NCBI GenBank assembly: GCA_001643675.2
Contig: LSRY02000059.1
Coordinates: 248,001 to 312,000, forward strand
Direction of reading: 5' to 3'
DNA length: 64,000 nt
Source of the DNA: Monocercomonoides exilis PA203
Taxonomy: Eukaryota; Protista; Preaxostyla
The notes beneath the pieces are model-generated. The model saw only the letters and a list, made by a program, of their open reading frames with translations. It was not told the origin of the DNA and searched no databases. Both the position numbers and the translations under genes were made by a program. Positions 47,064-60,225 of the stretch are shown here, piece after piece (positions within the stretch are counted from its first letter, which is position 1; every line of letters begins with the position of its first letter).

Positions 47064-50000
47064 ATGGACCAGAAGGAAGCTGTTGTTCATTTGCTTATTG
47101 ACAGAGCACTCTATCGTCATTCAAATCCATCGAGAGCAGCAGCAGCAATTACACAGTTTTTTACAGCAATTGTACCGAGATTTTTCCAAGTTTCATTTCG
47201 GTTTGAATTTGTTTTCTTCTTCACATTATTTCAAGGCATTTTAACGAATGGAAATCATACTATTTCTATTTAGCGCATCATTTTTCGACTCTTTTGCAGG
47301 GGCACTTGTTTCTTATAACCCTCAACTTTTCACTTTTAATGAATCTAGTTTCCAACAACTAATTCTGTCAATATATGCGAACTGTTCACCTGAGCATCTT
47401 AAACAAGGACAAAATTCTGCATTGCTTCGACAGTCACCATTCAGATGGCTTGATAAGGCTCTTTCATCTGTTGTGGAAAATTTTGCTAGAGATCATCAAG
47501 GCCAGAATTCTTCGCAAGAACAATCTCAAAATAATTCAGAAATTGGAGAATTAAATAGCAGTCGTCATTCTATAGATCCTCCTGTTGATAATCTGCTTCT
47601 ATGCTCTTATGAAGAAGCGACTTTTCCTTCAGCATTCTCCACAACTTCGTCTTTGAAAGAATTGGGTAATTTATTACTTCGTAAGCAGCCAGTTGAAGAA
47701 AAATCTTCCATAAAAGTTGATAAAACTCGTAAAGAAGTTATAAATGTTATTGTGTTGGTTATGGTGCCTCCTCAGACACTTGCAGATATCACAGAAATTC
47801 AAACTGTGGCAACTTCCCAAATATCAATTGCCACATCAATGAAAACAACATTTCGCGGCGGAGAATCGATTGATGATGCGTTACTGTGGCTTAGAAGCCA
47901 TATGCTGCAGATGTTTAAAGAGGCAGGCCAATCGGCAAGAAGAAGTGCAGAAAGTCTGTCACAACAGCAGAGAAGAACAATCACTGGAGGAGGGTCAATT
48001 AGTCGAAGCACGATATCTGGTGCCAGAGAGCAGCAGGCACCAACATGGATTAAACTTACAGAAACACTTGACATCGACCTTATATGGCTTGACATTGGAG
48101 AAGGACCAGACTCGACTGACACAGAAGATGTTTTCTTTTCTTCTGATCCTTTCCAATGGCAAATGTCAGCTTTTCCAGCAAGCTCTTCTGCCAATTCTGC
48201 AAAGTCAACGACTTCGTCATCATTTCTGCAGGAAGGTGCTCAATCATCTGTTTATCAGCTTCAGCAGTCATTGAGCCCATTGAGTTCAGACAGGGAAGAT
48301 ACATTTCCAACTCCTCAAACTCGAATTCGATCAACAGCAACGCCATTTCTCTCTCGTTCTTCTTCTCCATCTCTCCCTTTTGCAACTCCTCTCTCCGTAT
48401 CCTCTGCTCCTCCACTGTCGTCAACTCCTTCTCTTTCATCAGTCCATTCTGTCGGCTATCCAATGGGATTGCTCGACCCAGCTGAGCAGCTGCGTGAAAG
48501 AGAACGAAAGATGAGCTGGATTGCAACAGGCTCATCAGCCCCAGCTACTGCAATTGTGGTGGCTGTGATGGAAAGCTGCCTCGGCCGGCGCTTCCGATTC
48601 ATTCCATTTGGACTGTCTGTACATGCTGCAGGAACTGTGCTGGAGGAGCAGCGAAAGAAACGGTTGAAGGAAAGGGCAATGGCAGAACTTATACGCACTA
48701 ACAAACATGAAAACAAAGGAAGCACTCGTTCAGGTAATTCAGCAACAGAAGAAGACAACGTAACAACCTGCTTCGATGAAGCTTTGCTCGATCCTGAAAA
48801 ATGGCAGGTGCAAGAAATTGAAAGCGCTGGTGACTCCAACACTTCAACTGAAGAAGCCAAAAGTTCCACCAGTTCATCAGAGAAATCAATTGATGCAACT
48901 CTTCACTCGTACGCCTCATCTCTTCCGTTTGAGACGCCTGCTCCACGCAATTCTCCTGCCCGCCTATTGCCATCGGTGCGTCAGTCTCACATTACACAAG
49001 GAAGCCAATCATTGATGCAGCGTTCTGGATTGTCTCTGTCGCCAATCAGAAAGAATGGGCCTATGCAAAAGCCAATTCTCCAGATAGACGCAGCTATTAG
49101 CGCAAAAGCGCAAGCGCTTTTGAACTCTCTTTCGCTGAAGACTTCACTGAATGCTCAAAATGCTGTTTTGGAGCCTTCTCCTTCTTCCAATTCAGGAAAT
49201 ACCGACCTGCCACTTCTTTCATTTCCTGTTGTAATGAACAGCTTGGACGAGCTGACAGACTCAACAGCAGCAGAAGAGATTCTTTATTTTGAGTTATTCG
49301 GATGGCCAAACCAGCAACAACAGCACAACCAGCGGGGTTCATCAAACACATCTGATTATGGTTTCCACAGCCAGTCTTCTTCATCGTCTTCGTCTTCATC
49401 TCAAACTGCTCCTTTTCAAATGAGATCGTCTCTTTTGGTATCTCATTCTCACAAACTGTTTCAGAACGAGAAAGACCGAATGTTGCGAGGAAGATATCTT
49501 CCACCCTCTTTTTTGCTTCCACCTTATCCTCCACCATCTCTCCTGCGCCCTCGTTTCAACATGCCAACACATCAAATGAAGCTCGCTTTGTCCATGTTTC
49601 TGTCAAAAGTACTGACAGATTCCTGGAAAGAGCACCCAACAAATGGCTATGTGACTATGCAGTTGCAGCGACTCCCATCTTCATCTTCTTCTGTGAAGGC
49701 AATTTCTGATGTACCAGGGAATCTATCATCGACTTATTCATCTGATGATTTAGCTGATCCATTCAACCCATCCTCTCCCCTCTATCCACTTCTGATTGTG
49801 CCTCCATCTTCTACCATGCCATCAAACTACATTGACTCTTCATTTCATTACACTACAGACACCACAAAACCTCTTTATCCATCTTCCAGTGCCTCTTCTA
49901 AGCCAAACGATCCCCAGTCACCATTCACACAGCACTCGCACATCTTCACTTCGTTGTCAGCTGCTATTTGCTCATCTGATGGAGAAGCCACTGTTCCCAT

Positions 50001-53000
50001 CACACCTCAACAGCAGTTTGAGAGTGTTGTTGTCATCTCATCTTTCAGCATGCGCAAACAGATTGACACCGAAGATCCATCAGATGCACTTCATTCGAGT
50101 GGGAAAGATGCCACTCAGGTGCAATCATCTGAACAAGAAGGAAGAAGACTGGGAAATGACAAAGGCACAATGTCTGCTACTCCAAAAGAGATGACATTCA
50201 GTTGCGTTGTCACTCCACTCTTCCACAACATTGTGTCATTCTATCCTGAGCAGATTGACAATGTTTCATCTGCTTCTTTCTCTTCTATGCAAAGAACATC
50301 TTCACAGCAGAATCCACTGTCACGAAATCCCTCACAGCTCAGTCTCGGCTCTGCTGGATCTGCTCAGCCATCTTCCCAGCCATTGCACACCTCTCTTTCT
50401 CTTCCTTCTCAGATGTCTACCCCAATCAGCAATCGCATGTCTCCGTATTATCCACTTCATTCATCTGGTGCTTCTCAATCCGCTTTCTCTTCGCCATCTC
50501 CATTTCTCTCGCAGACATCTCCAATCAATTCTAAACAGACACCTCTCTCTTATGACAAGAAGTCAGCCATGTACACTTCATCTTCTTCTTCTCAAATCAA
50601 ACGGATGGCTCTTTTTGTGTTCCATTCTTTCACCATTCTGGGCGCCATTCCTGTTTCTTATGCTCCGCTTGTCACTGTCGCTGTCTGCGAAACTCGTCCA
50701 TTTCAAAATGCACCATACACTCCGAACACTTCAAAATCTGCTTCATCGTCATCATCATCTTTTACACAACCAACTCAACAAACACAAGCAGCGGTGAGTT
50801 CTCAATTGGGACAAGAAATACAACGCAATTCAACAGAATTTGCTGGTTCTCCTGCTGCCTTTGCTCCAACGCAGCCTGTCAACATTCAATCAGACGATGC
50901 TGCACACACGCCACAGAATCAAAACATAGTTCGTCTGTCGTCAAATGCATCTATCTCTCAACCGGAGCAATCTCAGCTTCTGTCAAATCCTTATCTGTCA
51001 TCTCCTCTTGTGTCTTCTGCTGCTCACAACATGTACAACTTATCATCTCAGTCCAATTCACAACAGCAATCTTATCTGAACTCTTCACATCAATCTAAAA
51101 ACACTTCATCTCACAGCACACTCACTTCATCTGGCCCACCTTTTCCTGTTCCCCTTTTCCCTGTCTTTCACATCTCTCCATCTGCTCCTGCGTATGTCAA
51201 GAAGATCCCTTTCATCACAACACCTTTCACACGCAGCGGCACCGTGGATCCACTCACACTCAACTCCTCTCTTTCGTTCGCCACTCTCTTCTCGCTTTGG
51301 TCAATGTGCTTGAACACTTCACCACTCACTGTCACTTTGCCTGCATCTTCCTCTGCTTCTTCTTCGTCATCGTCTTCACAGAACAGCGCAATCACATTGA
51401 AAACTCCTCAGTTCTGCTGCTATTTTGGTATTCTTCGAGGTTGTCCAGGTTGCTCAGCGCTTCCAGAATGGATGAAGAAAGATGCTGAAAGAAGAGGTGT
51501 GCAAATTCACTCGCACAGCACAAGCACTTCATATGGATCGTCAGACGCTTCTGAGCAGCTTGTATCACCACCTGGATACTACAAGACAAAGCAGACAACT
51601 TCTGGTCCGTTTTGCGACTTTCCGTTTATTCTTGTTCCATCATCGCCAGCAACATTCACACTGCGCATAATCTCTTTCACAGCACTCAGTCGGCTGAGAC
51701 AAATACTGCATGTGTACACTTTGAGAGAAAAAGCGAAGGATTTGCAGATTCGTGGGATTCAATCACAAATGACAAAAGATACTCAAAAAGCAATTCAGAA
51801 TAGCACAATCAATGAAACAGCATCAAACTCGATTTTGAGTTCGCCTAAAGTACAAAATCTCAACAATCAACAACAAAACACACAGAATGCATCACTTCTT
51901 CTTTCTCCTTCTAATTCATCGTCTTCTGTTCGAGCTGAGAATGAAACTGGAGCACAGCGATTGCTTGGCAAGCTTCTGGGAAGGATGCTTTCTCTTCCAA
52001 AGCTGAGCACATTCTGTTTGGAGGCTATTCCATATCTGACGCCTGAAGAGATCCTTTATATGAAGCCACCTCCAATTAGCATCTCATTGTCTGAGGATGA
52101 GGAAGAAGTGGCTATCGCTAATGAAGCAAATAAAGAGGAAGCAAAGGAAAAGAAAACATTGAATAATAAATCGCTTAACGAAGAGCAGAATGGCCAAGAA
52201 AGAAAAGAAAGAGAACAGAAAGCAGAAGAAGTTATAGAAGATATGGAAGATTCTGCAGAGAAAGAAGAAAAGCTACGCAAAAGAATGAAAGTGGACAAGC
52301 AATCTGGAGAAAGCGAGAATTATTCAGCACTTTTTTCGGAATGGAAGAAAGCAACGCTTCGAGACACCCACAAAGAATCAGCAGGAGATGGGAAATCTAT
52401 TCCAGATACGCCTTTGAAGCCTGCAAAGACAACACAATTTCAAATTCTGAAGGCAGAAGGATCAGATGCATCGGAAGAGGGAAACAGAGCTGGGCAGATG
52501 AAATATCTTTCTGACCTACTTTCTGCCCAGTCTGATGGAAATGTGAAATTTACTGCTTTCAAGTCGGGGTCGAATCAAAATGCTTCTGTCAACAAAAAGG
52601 CAGAGCAAGCGAATCAAAAAGGAGGGGGCAATGCTTCAGAGAAAATTAGTACTGAAATGCAAAATAACAATATTGACTCTTTTATTGTGAAAGATGCTAT
52701 GCTTGAGCAGAAGCCACGGCCGTACTCTCCCATCTATGAAGACTCCACGCTTGTCTTTACGAACCATCCAGAACGAGCAGAGTACGGGCAAAGAGATCAG
52801 CAAACACTGAATGAAGAGAATGGGCAAAAATCACACAACTTGCCATCAGCTTCAGAGAACAAATATTCATCATTATCTTCTGCTTCTTCTGCTTCTGTTC
52901 AAGCAAATCCAAAAGAATCAAATGAGAAAATTTCAAATTCAGTTGGGCAAGCGAGCAACGTGAAAGCAACAGCATCTCGCCTGCCATTTTCACAATCGCC

Positions 53001-55335
53001 ATACACTTTCCAAAAGATACCTCTGCAATTAATCTCCACAGAAAATGCAGAAACCTCAAAGTTGTGTTCATCTGCTTCTTCAGCAGACAATTCAATTCCA
53101 AATTGTCCAATTTCAGACCTTAGAACTGAACTTCAGAAAAAGAAGCATTTCACAGAAAATCAAAAGGCTCAGTTAAAAGCGAGGCTCAGTGATAGATTTG
53201 CTCGAATCTGTCTGAAGGATGCACAGAAGTACCATCAGTTCCTCATTAAGCAGCCTCAGCCTCTGATTGTTGCTCAGCATGTCACTTCTGTTATGCCGCA
53301 AACATCAGCCTCAGCCTCAGCATCCGCATCATCGTCAGCTGCCGATGCAAATATGCTCAATTCTTCATCCTTCAGTGACTCCTCAATGCTATCTGACAAC
53401 TCCATCTCGTCTTTGTACCAAAGCAAATCCCAAGATTTAGGATCTTCTGGATTCGGAAAGGATGAGCAGCTGCTTCACATTGAAAATGCTGAGGATGAGC
53501 AATCAAGTGAAAGAAATGAAGGTAAATTTGGTCGAAATGATGGAACAATACCTGGAGAAGGGGTTGCTGCAGATATCGAAAGAGTAAATTCGCTGCAAGG
53601 TTCGTTGAATGTTTCGCTTCCGCAGTCATCTCCAGCTGTTTCAGCAACACTCACTCCGCCATTCAGCAGCAGCATCACACCTCCTCAAGCGCCCATCTTC
53701 TCGATGCCCGCTGCTCCATCATTAGCTTCCACGCCACGCTTCAATCTGACATCCAATCCGCCTTCTCTCTCTCCTCCTCCGCAGTTGTGTAGAGACCGAA
53801 TGCTTCAGCTGCAGCAAATGCCTGTTTCGTCGTCTTTGATGCTATCTCCGTTTCCTTTCGGACCATCTTCCCAACAGAGTAATATGCCGTATCATTCATC
53901 TTGGATTGATCCTTCCCTTACGCCCATACTTTCTCAGCAGAATTCAGCTGTGTTAGCTTCTTCAGCTTCTGCATCTTCTTCAGTAACTTCTGCGCAATAT
54001 AATCAGCAGTCCGCAAAAGATACTCGGCAGAAAGATCATACTCATGAAAGATTGACTTCAGATGCAGATATCGAACTCAAACAACAAAGCGTTGACGAAG
54101 ATGGTTCACTTTCACCGCCTCAGGTAATGCAAACGTCACTATCGTTGTTTTATCGTTCACTTGCTCCTCAGACATTGAATGAAGAGACAAAGAAGAAACT
54201 TGTTGTGTTTGGCGGAGATACTCTCTTATTTGCATTCTATTCGATGGTGTCACGAAACAAGAAAATTGATGAAATGAACTTCGAAACAGCACTTGAAGCA
54301 GATTTTATCCCGCCTGACTGGGGCAGCTTGGTTTCTTCCTTCATCAAATGCAAAGATATTCCGACTGCTTCCGAATCATCTGATAACATTCAGTCGAATG
54401 CTGTGGCTTTTGTTCCTCCTGTTTGCATGATGGTGGATCGTCTTTTCTCTTTGGCTTTCTTCCTCTGCCGTACTCCATTAACTGCCGATGCATTGTCGTC
54501 TAATCTCTCCAAAGTTTCTGTTGCCAGCATGCTTTCTTGTCTGGAATCAAGCGAACAACTGGCATCATCTGCACATTCAATGAAACAACAGCAGGCTTCT
54601 TCGTCATCATCGTTTTGTGAACGGTTTCTTTCTCTTCTTCCCAATCCTCTTACATCTGGTGAGGTGTCACTCATCCTGCGCATGTTTGAAAAGGAACTGA
54701 ATTCGCATCTTCGAAAAGCTCCTTCCATTGCTCAGCAACTGGGGGCTTCAACTCCTTCGCTGAATGATGCTGCTTCTCTGTTCCGAATGTGCACAATTGA
54801 CCTCTCTTTCGCGCTGGCCGCGTTCCGCTCTGCATATCTTCCACCTTCTCTCAACTGGCTATCGATGGTTCAGTCTGCATTTCGCAATGTTGCTCAGCTC
54901 TCTGCTCGTTCTGCCCACTCAACTTCTGCTGAATCAGTCATTGCCTTCCAAAAGAAGGAAAGTTCGTATTCAGAAGCAACTGCATTCAAAAAGCATTCTT
55001 TGTTGAGGATTAGTTACCCGCGAAAGACCTTAACGTTGACAACAACCAGGCTCAACTCGCTTGCTATTTTCTTTTCTTCAGTCGCGTTTGCTTCTTCCAT
55101 ATCGCAAGCAGATTCATCAACAGATCATTCAGCAATTCCTTCTTACAAGCTGCCTTTTTATATTTTCAATAAATCTCTCCATTCTCGTTTCACTGACGTT
55201 TTGCCTAAAGAATTGAATGTAATTGCATCGTCTTTGGAAAGCGTCGATCCATTCAATGAGGAGAACATTGATGACTCGTCGGAGGAAGACAATGAATCTG
55301 AACATGAACAAGGCGAAAAAGAGAAAAAGAGTTGA
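47064..55335 (+). CDS. 2.7-kaa Ser-rich protein, candidate Treslin/TICRR/Sld3 homolog; intron 47201-47273
   Basis: A phase-2 intron joins ORF 47064 to ORF 47248, giving VVHLLID...RFFQVSFRASFFDS. Further motifs are NVIVLVMVPPQTLADI, IDLIWLDI and C-terminal SLHSRFTDVLPKELNVIASSLE. The CDS is secure; the family call is by-eye recall. Confidence 0.55.
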
Positions 55336-55716
55336 ATGAACGATGACTGAAAGTGAGTTTTTGTTGAATTATTTTCAAATATTATGAATTGTGATATTGT
55401 TTTACTTAAAACGTATACGGTATTTTTCATTATGCGAGTGTATTTGATATAATTTTAAGTTTAATGAGTTTTTAGTTTCTTTCAAAAAACAAAAATAACT
55501 ATTCTTTTTATTTTAAAGTTTAAATTTTTAAAGGAAAAAAATAAATTGGTTTAGAATCGTACAGAAATATTTAATGAATGGTGAAAATGTTGTAAAAGAT
55601 GATTATTAAGCTGAGATGGAATACATAAAGACCTCGAGAAACAAAGAAATGATTCAAAAGTTCAGATTTTACAGCTTTTAACAGATATGAACTGAAGAGT
55701 CCTTAAAAATAATTAC

Positions 55717-57309
55717 TTACTTTGAAGGGCATGAAGAGCAGCATGCCTTTTCGCATTCACCTTCCTTTTTGCAGCAGCACGACTTTTCGCACTCTGCTTC
55801 CTTCTTGCAGCAGCAGCAGCATTTTGGTGCTGGATAAGCTTCTGCCAATCCTGTCATTTCATTGAACTTTCTGATACGTTCGTCCAATGCAATGTTTGCA
55901 GTCCATTTCTTCTCCCAGTATTTGTCGCATTTCCACTGGGCATTCAATTCCTCACATGTCTTTCCTTGTTGTTCAACCCAAGTGTAGTATTTAAGGTGGT
56001 GCATACGACGTCTGTCAACATGTGTGCATTCCTGCATCCAATCAGTTGAAATGCCATCGAGATAGCGGAACCAGTCGCATTCAGCACGAGTCTCGGTGTA
56101 TTCTCCGTGCTCCTTCTCCATCTCATCCAAACGAGATCTGTACATTTCAAATGAGTCTGTTGCAACTGTGAATACTGAATCATTCTCGTTGAATTCGAAA
56201 TATTTGCACAACTTGATAGCACCAATAATATTGGCAATACCAGAAATACCCAAGTTCTTAAGTTGGTCGAGTGTTTCTTTTGGAACGCCATGCTTTGCGA
56301 GAACTTTCTTTCCAACTTCAGTCTGGAACAATTGAACAAGATGCATGCATTGCTCATCATCAATTGAAGCAACGAGATCTGTGTTCTTCAAGTTGTGAAT
56401 CCATGGAACGTGTTTATCTCCAATTCCTTCAATGCGATGATCACCAAATCCGTTCTCAAGAAGTGTTGGGCACTGTTTGGCTTCTCCAACACCGAGTTTA
56501 ACTGCTGGATAATGCTTTTTCAGATATTCTGCTGAGGCAAGAGTTCCAGCGCTTCCTTGAGTTAAGAAGACACCAGACAATCTTGTTCCCTTTCCACGTG
56601 TTTGCCAAACTTCCTCCATTGCTGGACCTGTAACATTGTAATGCCACAATGGGTTCATGAATTCACAGAATTGGTTAAGAGCAACAACTTCGTCACCCTT
56701 TGTGGTTGTGAGTTCATTAACTTTGTCGAAGATCTCCTTAACGTTGCTTTCGCATCCTGGTGTTGCAATAATTTCAGATCCAATGCTTTCCAACCACTTG
56801 AAACGTTCTTGTGACATTCCTGCTGGAAGAATGGCAACAGCTTTGCATCCAAGAAGTGCACTGTTAAATGCACCTCCACGGCAGTAATTGCCAGTTGATG
56901 GCCATAAAGCCTTTTGTTTTGTTGGATCGAATTTTCCTCTGGTCAAACGATCAACAAGTGGTCCAAAGCTTGCACCGACCTTGTGGCAGCCAGTTGGGAA
57001 AAATTTGCCGAGCAAAACAAAGATTTTGGACTTAACACCTGTCAAAGATGGAGGAAGTTCCATTGCATTAACTGGGCCGTACAATCCTCCTTTTTCAACT
57101 GGTTCGTTTTTCCATGTAATTCTGAACAAGTTTCGGCTGTTTGTATCCCAGAGACCAATAGTTTTCAGCTCTTCTTTAACTTTTTCTGGAATAAGCTCGG
57201 GATGTCTAAGTTGTTCAAGAGTTGGAATAAGAATTCCACGTTCCTTGCATCTCTCAACTGCATTCTTCAATCCAACTTCATCAATTTCTTCATTTTCAGT
57301 ATCTGCCAT
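55717..57309 (-). CDS. Intronless bacterial-type PLP-dependent fold-II enzyme (cysteine synthase-like) with a Cys-rich C-terminal tail
   Basis: PLP lysine FPTGCHKVGA, PSTGNYCRGGA, QGSAGTL, HRIEGIGDKHVPW and GISGIAN. The start is either MADTEN (57309) or 57381. Confidence 0.85.
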   Translation of the reverse strand: MADTENEEIDEVGLKNAVERCKERGILIPTLEQLRHPELIPEKVKEELKTIGLWDTNSRNLFRITWKNEPVEKGGLYGPVNAMELPPSLTGVKSKIFVLLGKFFPTGCHKVGASFGPLVDRLTRGKFDPTKQKALWPSTGNYCRGGAFNSALLGCKAVAILPAGMSQERFKWLESIGSEIIATPGCESNVKEIFDKVNELTTTKGDEVVALNQFCEFMNPLWHYNVTGPAMEEVWQTRGKGTRLSGVFLTQGSAGTLASAEYLKKHYPAVKLGVGEAKQCPTLLENGFGDHRIEGIGDKHVPWIHNLKNTDLVASIDDEQCMHLVQLFQTEVGKKVLAKHGVPKETLDQLKNLGISGIANIIGAIKLCKYFEFNENDSVFTVATDSFEMYRSRLDEMEKEHGEYTETRAECDWFRYLDGISTDWMQECTHVDRRRMHHLKYYTWVEQQGKTCEELNAQWKCDKYWEKKWTANIALDERIRKFNEMTGLAEAYPAPKCCCCCKKEAECEKSCCCKKEGECEKACCSSCPSK

Positions 57310-57669
57310 GAGCTTTTTGACTTGTTTCAAACAAGATCTCACTTCCCAATATATGGACATACAATCATGAGATGATACCATTATTCAGTTTGAGTTAATA
57401 ACATGAACATTCGCAATTTCTCCAATGGAAAATTTTAAATCTGGTGGAAAATTTTATCTAATGATTCTTTAAAGAAAATGAAATATCACAGTTAATTAAT
57501 AAAATGAATAATTGGAAGAAAAAAGCAAATTATTGCAGATTTTGGAAAATGTTTTTTATTAAAAAATTCCAAACTTAGAAGACACCACTTGCCAGCACAC
57601 TACGAAACAAAAAAATATGTTCACAATGTTTTTTTCAAAGAGGATCCATCCCATCTTAAATTCAATACA

Positions 57670-59941
57670 ATGGCGAAAAGCAGTTTTGGAAGGATTGTGC
57701 ATCCTATTCGTTTATTTTTCACTGCTGCAGCTATGTTCGGTGTACAAATGGTTCAGGCATTGAACGGCGCTCTTATTAGTCCTCTTTTATCTGGTTTATT
57801 TGATATTTTTAAGAATAAAATTCATTTATGAATCAATTTTATTTTTAGGTTTGAACATTGGTCAATGGGTGCAACCTCTTATATGGCTTATTGGGCCTCT
57901 CACTGGGTTATGTCAACCTCTTTTCGGATCTGTTGCAGACAGGTCAACACTGTCTTGTGGCCGTCGTAGACCGATAATATTCATAAGTAGTTTTGTAACG
58001 TGCACGTGCTTTGCTATGTTCGGGCTTATATTTGCTGATAGTTTGATTAATTTTGTTATTTCTTTCTTTCTTTTTGATAACTCTGCACTTTTTTTATTTA
58101 AAGTATTGAAAAATCGAACAGCTGCAATTGTTGTTGCATTAATTTCATATATTTGCGTATACATTGCACATAACTTTCAATCTCCATCTGCTCGTGCAAT
58201 TGTAATGGAAGTTGGTGGAATGGGAAATCAGGCACTTGGATCAAATTTTGTATCCTTGTTTATTGCATTAGGAAACTGTATATCCTATGTTGTAGTTGGA
58301 GTTTTACCTGATCCGTTCTTTTACGCATGTCCATTCATTTTTACCGCTGCTATGATCACGATTATTGCTGGAAAAGAAAAATCATTGGAACAAATACATA
58401 AAGAGAGGGAAAACTCGTTAAACAGCTCTCTTGTGGGGCAAACGACCCAAAATGACGATGATAATTCAACTTCAAGCTCGTTGCATTCGAAAAAGCAGCC
58501 ACCAGTTCCACCTCCAGTTTTTGTTCCTTTCTCTTCTGATATGTCTTATCCACCTGTTCCTCCTCCACCTTTAATGGATGATAACTTTACCATAAATGCA
58601 CAGCCAGAATATGAATTAGCTGATAATAAAAGAAATGGATCTGGAGAAAAATCTGTTTATGAGATCAAACAACAACCAGAGTCATCAACATCATCTTCTT
58701 CTTCTTCACTTCGCAAGACTCCTCAAAAAAACCAGCATTCGTTTGTGCTCATATTTCGAGCCATTTCTCGTCTCTTTTACCAGCGAGGCCCCGTTTTTCT
58801 AGCGTGTCTAGTTTTTATGCTGTCGTGGTTTGCGTTTATTCCCACGCTGCCCATCAGACTCAGCTTTGTTGCCGAGGTGTTTTACGAGGACAAAAGCACA
58901 AAAGCTTCTTTTCCCCTTTCAAATTCATCTTTCAACACAAATTACTCTGAACTGACTGGATTGAAAGCATACTCACTTCAAGGATGGGACGAGTGGAGCT
59001 CAGAGCTTCGGCCTTCTTCTTCGCTTTCTCTCCGAGGCACTTCGTTTATTTCCTCTCATTTTCACTCGTCTTCGCTGGAGCAGCAGCAAGTACTCACCGC
59101 TCCTTCTTCTACCACCTCGCAATTTTTGCCTCTCAAAACTGAAGCGCATTCTTCTAATGCATTATCACCTCATATTGCCTCTCACACACCTCTTCCTCGA
59201 TCTCGCATTGATTCGGATTCAGCTCAGTCGGAGTTGAAACACAGGCACAGAACACGTCACCAGCTGTCTCTTCTCCCAACCTCTTATTTGGACGGAATGA
59301 AAATGGCATCGTTCTCAATGATTGCAACGTCTGCCCTTTCTGCCGTGTTTTCTCTTGTCGCCCCAGTCATCCTGAAGAAGATTCGAATCGGCGTTTTATT
59401 TTCGGCTGCGCTTATTTTGGCTTCGGTTGCTTCGTTCTGCCTCTTCTTCCCAGATTCCGCTGCATTCACCCCATCTTCTGTGTGGGTGGTGTTTCTCTGC
59501 TACATCTTTGGGCTCTCCTTCTCGTTCTCCCTCATCCACGCAGCCTGCTTCCTGGTTGTGGCTGAGGGGGTCGATCCGTCTGACTACGGCCTTTTCGTTG
59601 GGATGCTCCACGGCTTTGGTGTTGTTGGGCAGGTGTTGGCGCTTCTGCTGGCGTCGCTTGTGCAGCTGGCGGTTGAAAAGAGCAGAAGCAGAGCAGTTGG
59701 CAGCCCATCAGGCGCTGATCTGTCAAAAATGCTGGCCTTCAGAAAGCATCCATTGCAGTGGTATTGGCTCCAGTGTGGCATCGCTTTTATCATTGCAGCA
59801 GTCGCTGCGCTGTTTCTGAAGCGGCCTGCTCACCGTATGAATCCTTTGAATATGCACGAGCCCTCGAAAACCAAGAATATTTCGTCTTATAACTCACAGA
59901 AAACAAAGGACGAGAACACTGATGTTAAAGATTCTGAGTAG
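57670..59941 (+). CDS. MFS transporter of the sucrose/H+ symporter (SUT/SLC45, GPH) type, with 5' introns
   Basis: FGVQMVQAL, IWLIGPLTGLCQPLFGSVADR...GRRRPII, QSPSARA, MLSWFAFIP and YGLFVGML, plus many hydrophobic segments. Confidence 0.85.
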
Positions 59942-60225
59942 TCTTTCTTTATTATTTGTATATATATATTAAGAGTGATTATTTCCATTTTTATTTTTAT
60001 TTAGTCAATATCTCTGTGTTGTTGTTTGTATTTATATTTCGTTTTATTTTTTATATATCTTTTTTGTTTCACTTATGCAATTTTTAAAAGCATAAAATCG
60101 CTTTAGTTTTGATGAAAACTCATCTGTCTGGAAAAAAAATTAATGGTTGTGTTTCTGGAAAAGTATTCAATTGATTACGATTGTACAATTTTTCAAAATT
60201 TTTTGAGTTACACTTAGATTAGGAT

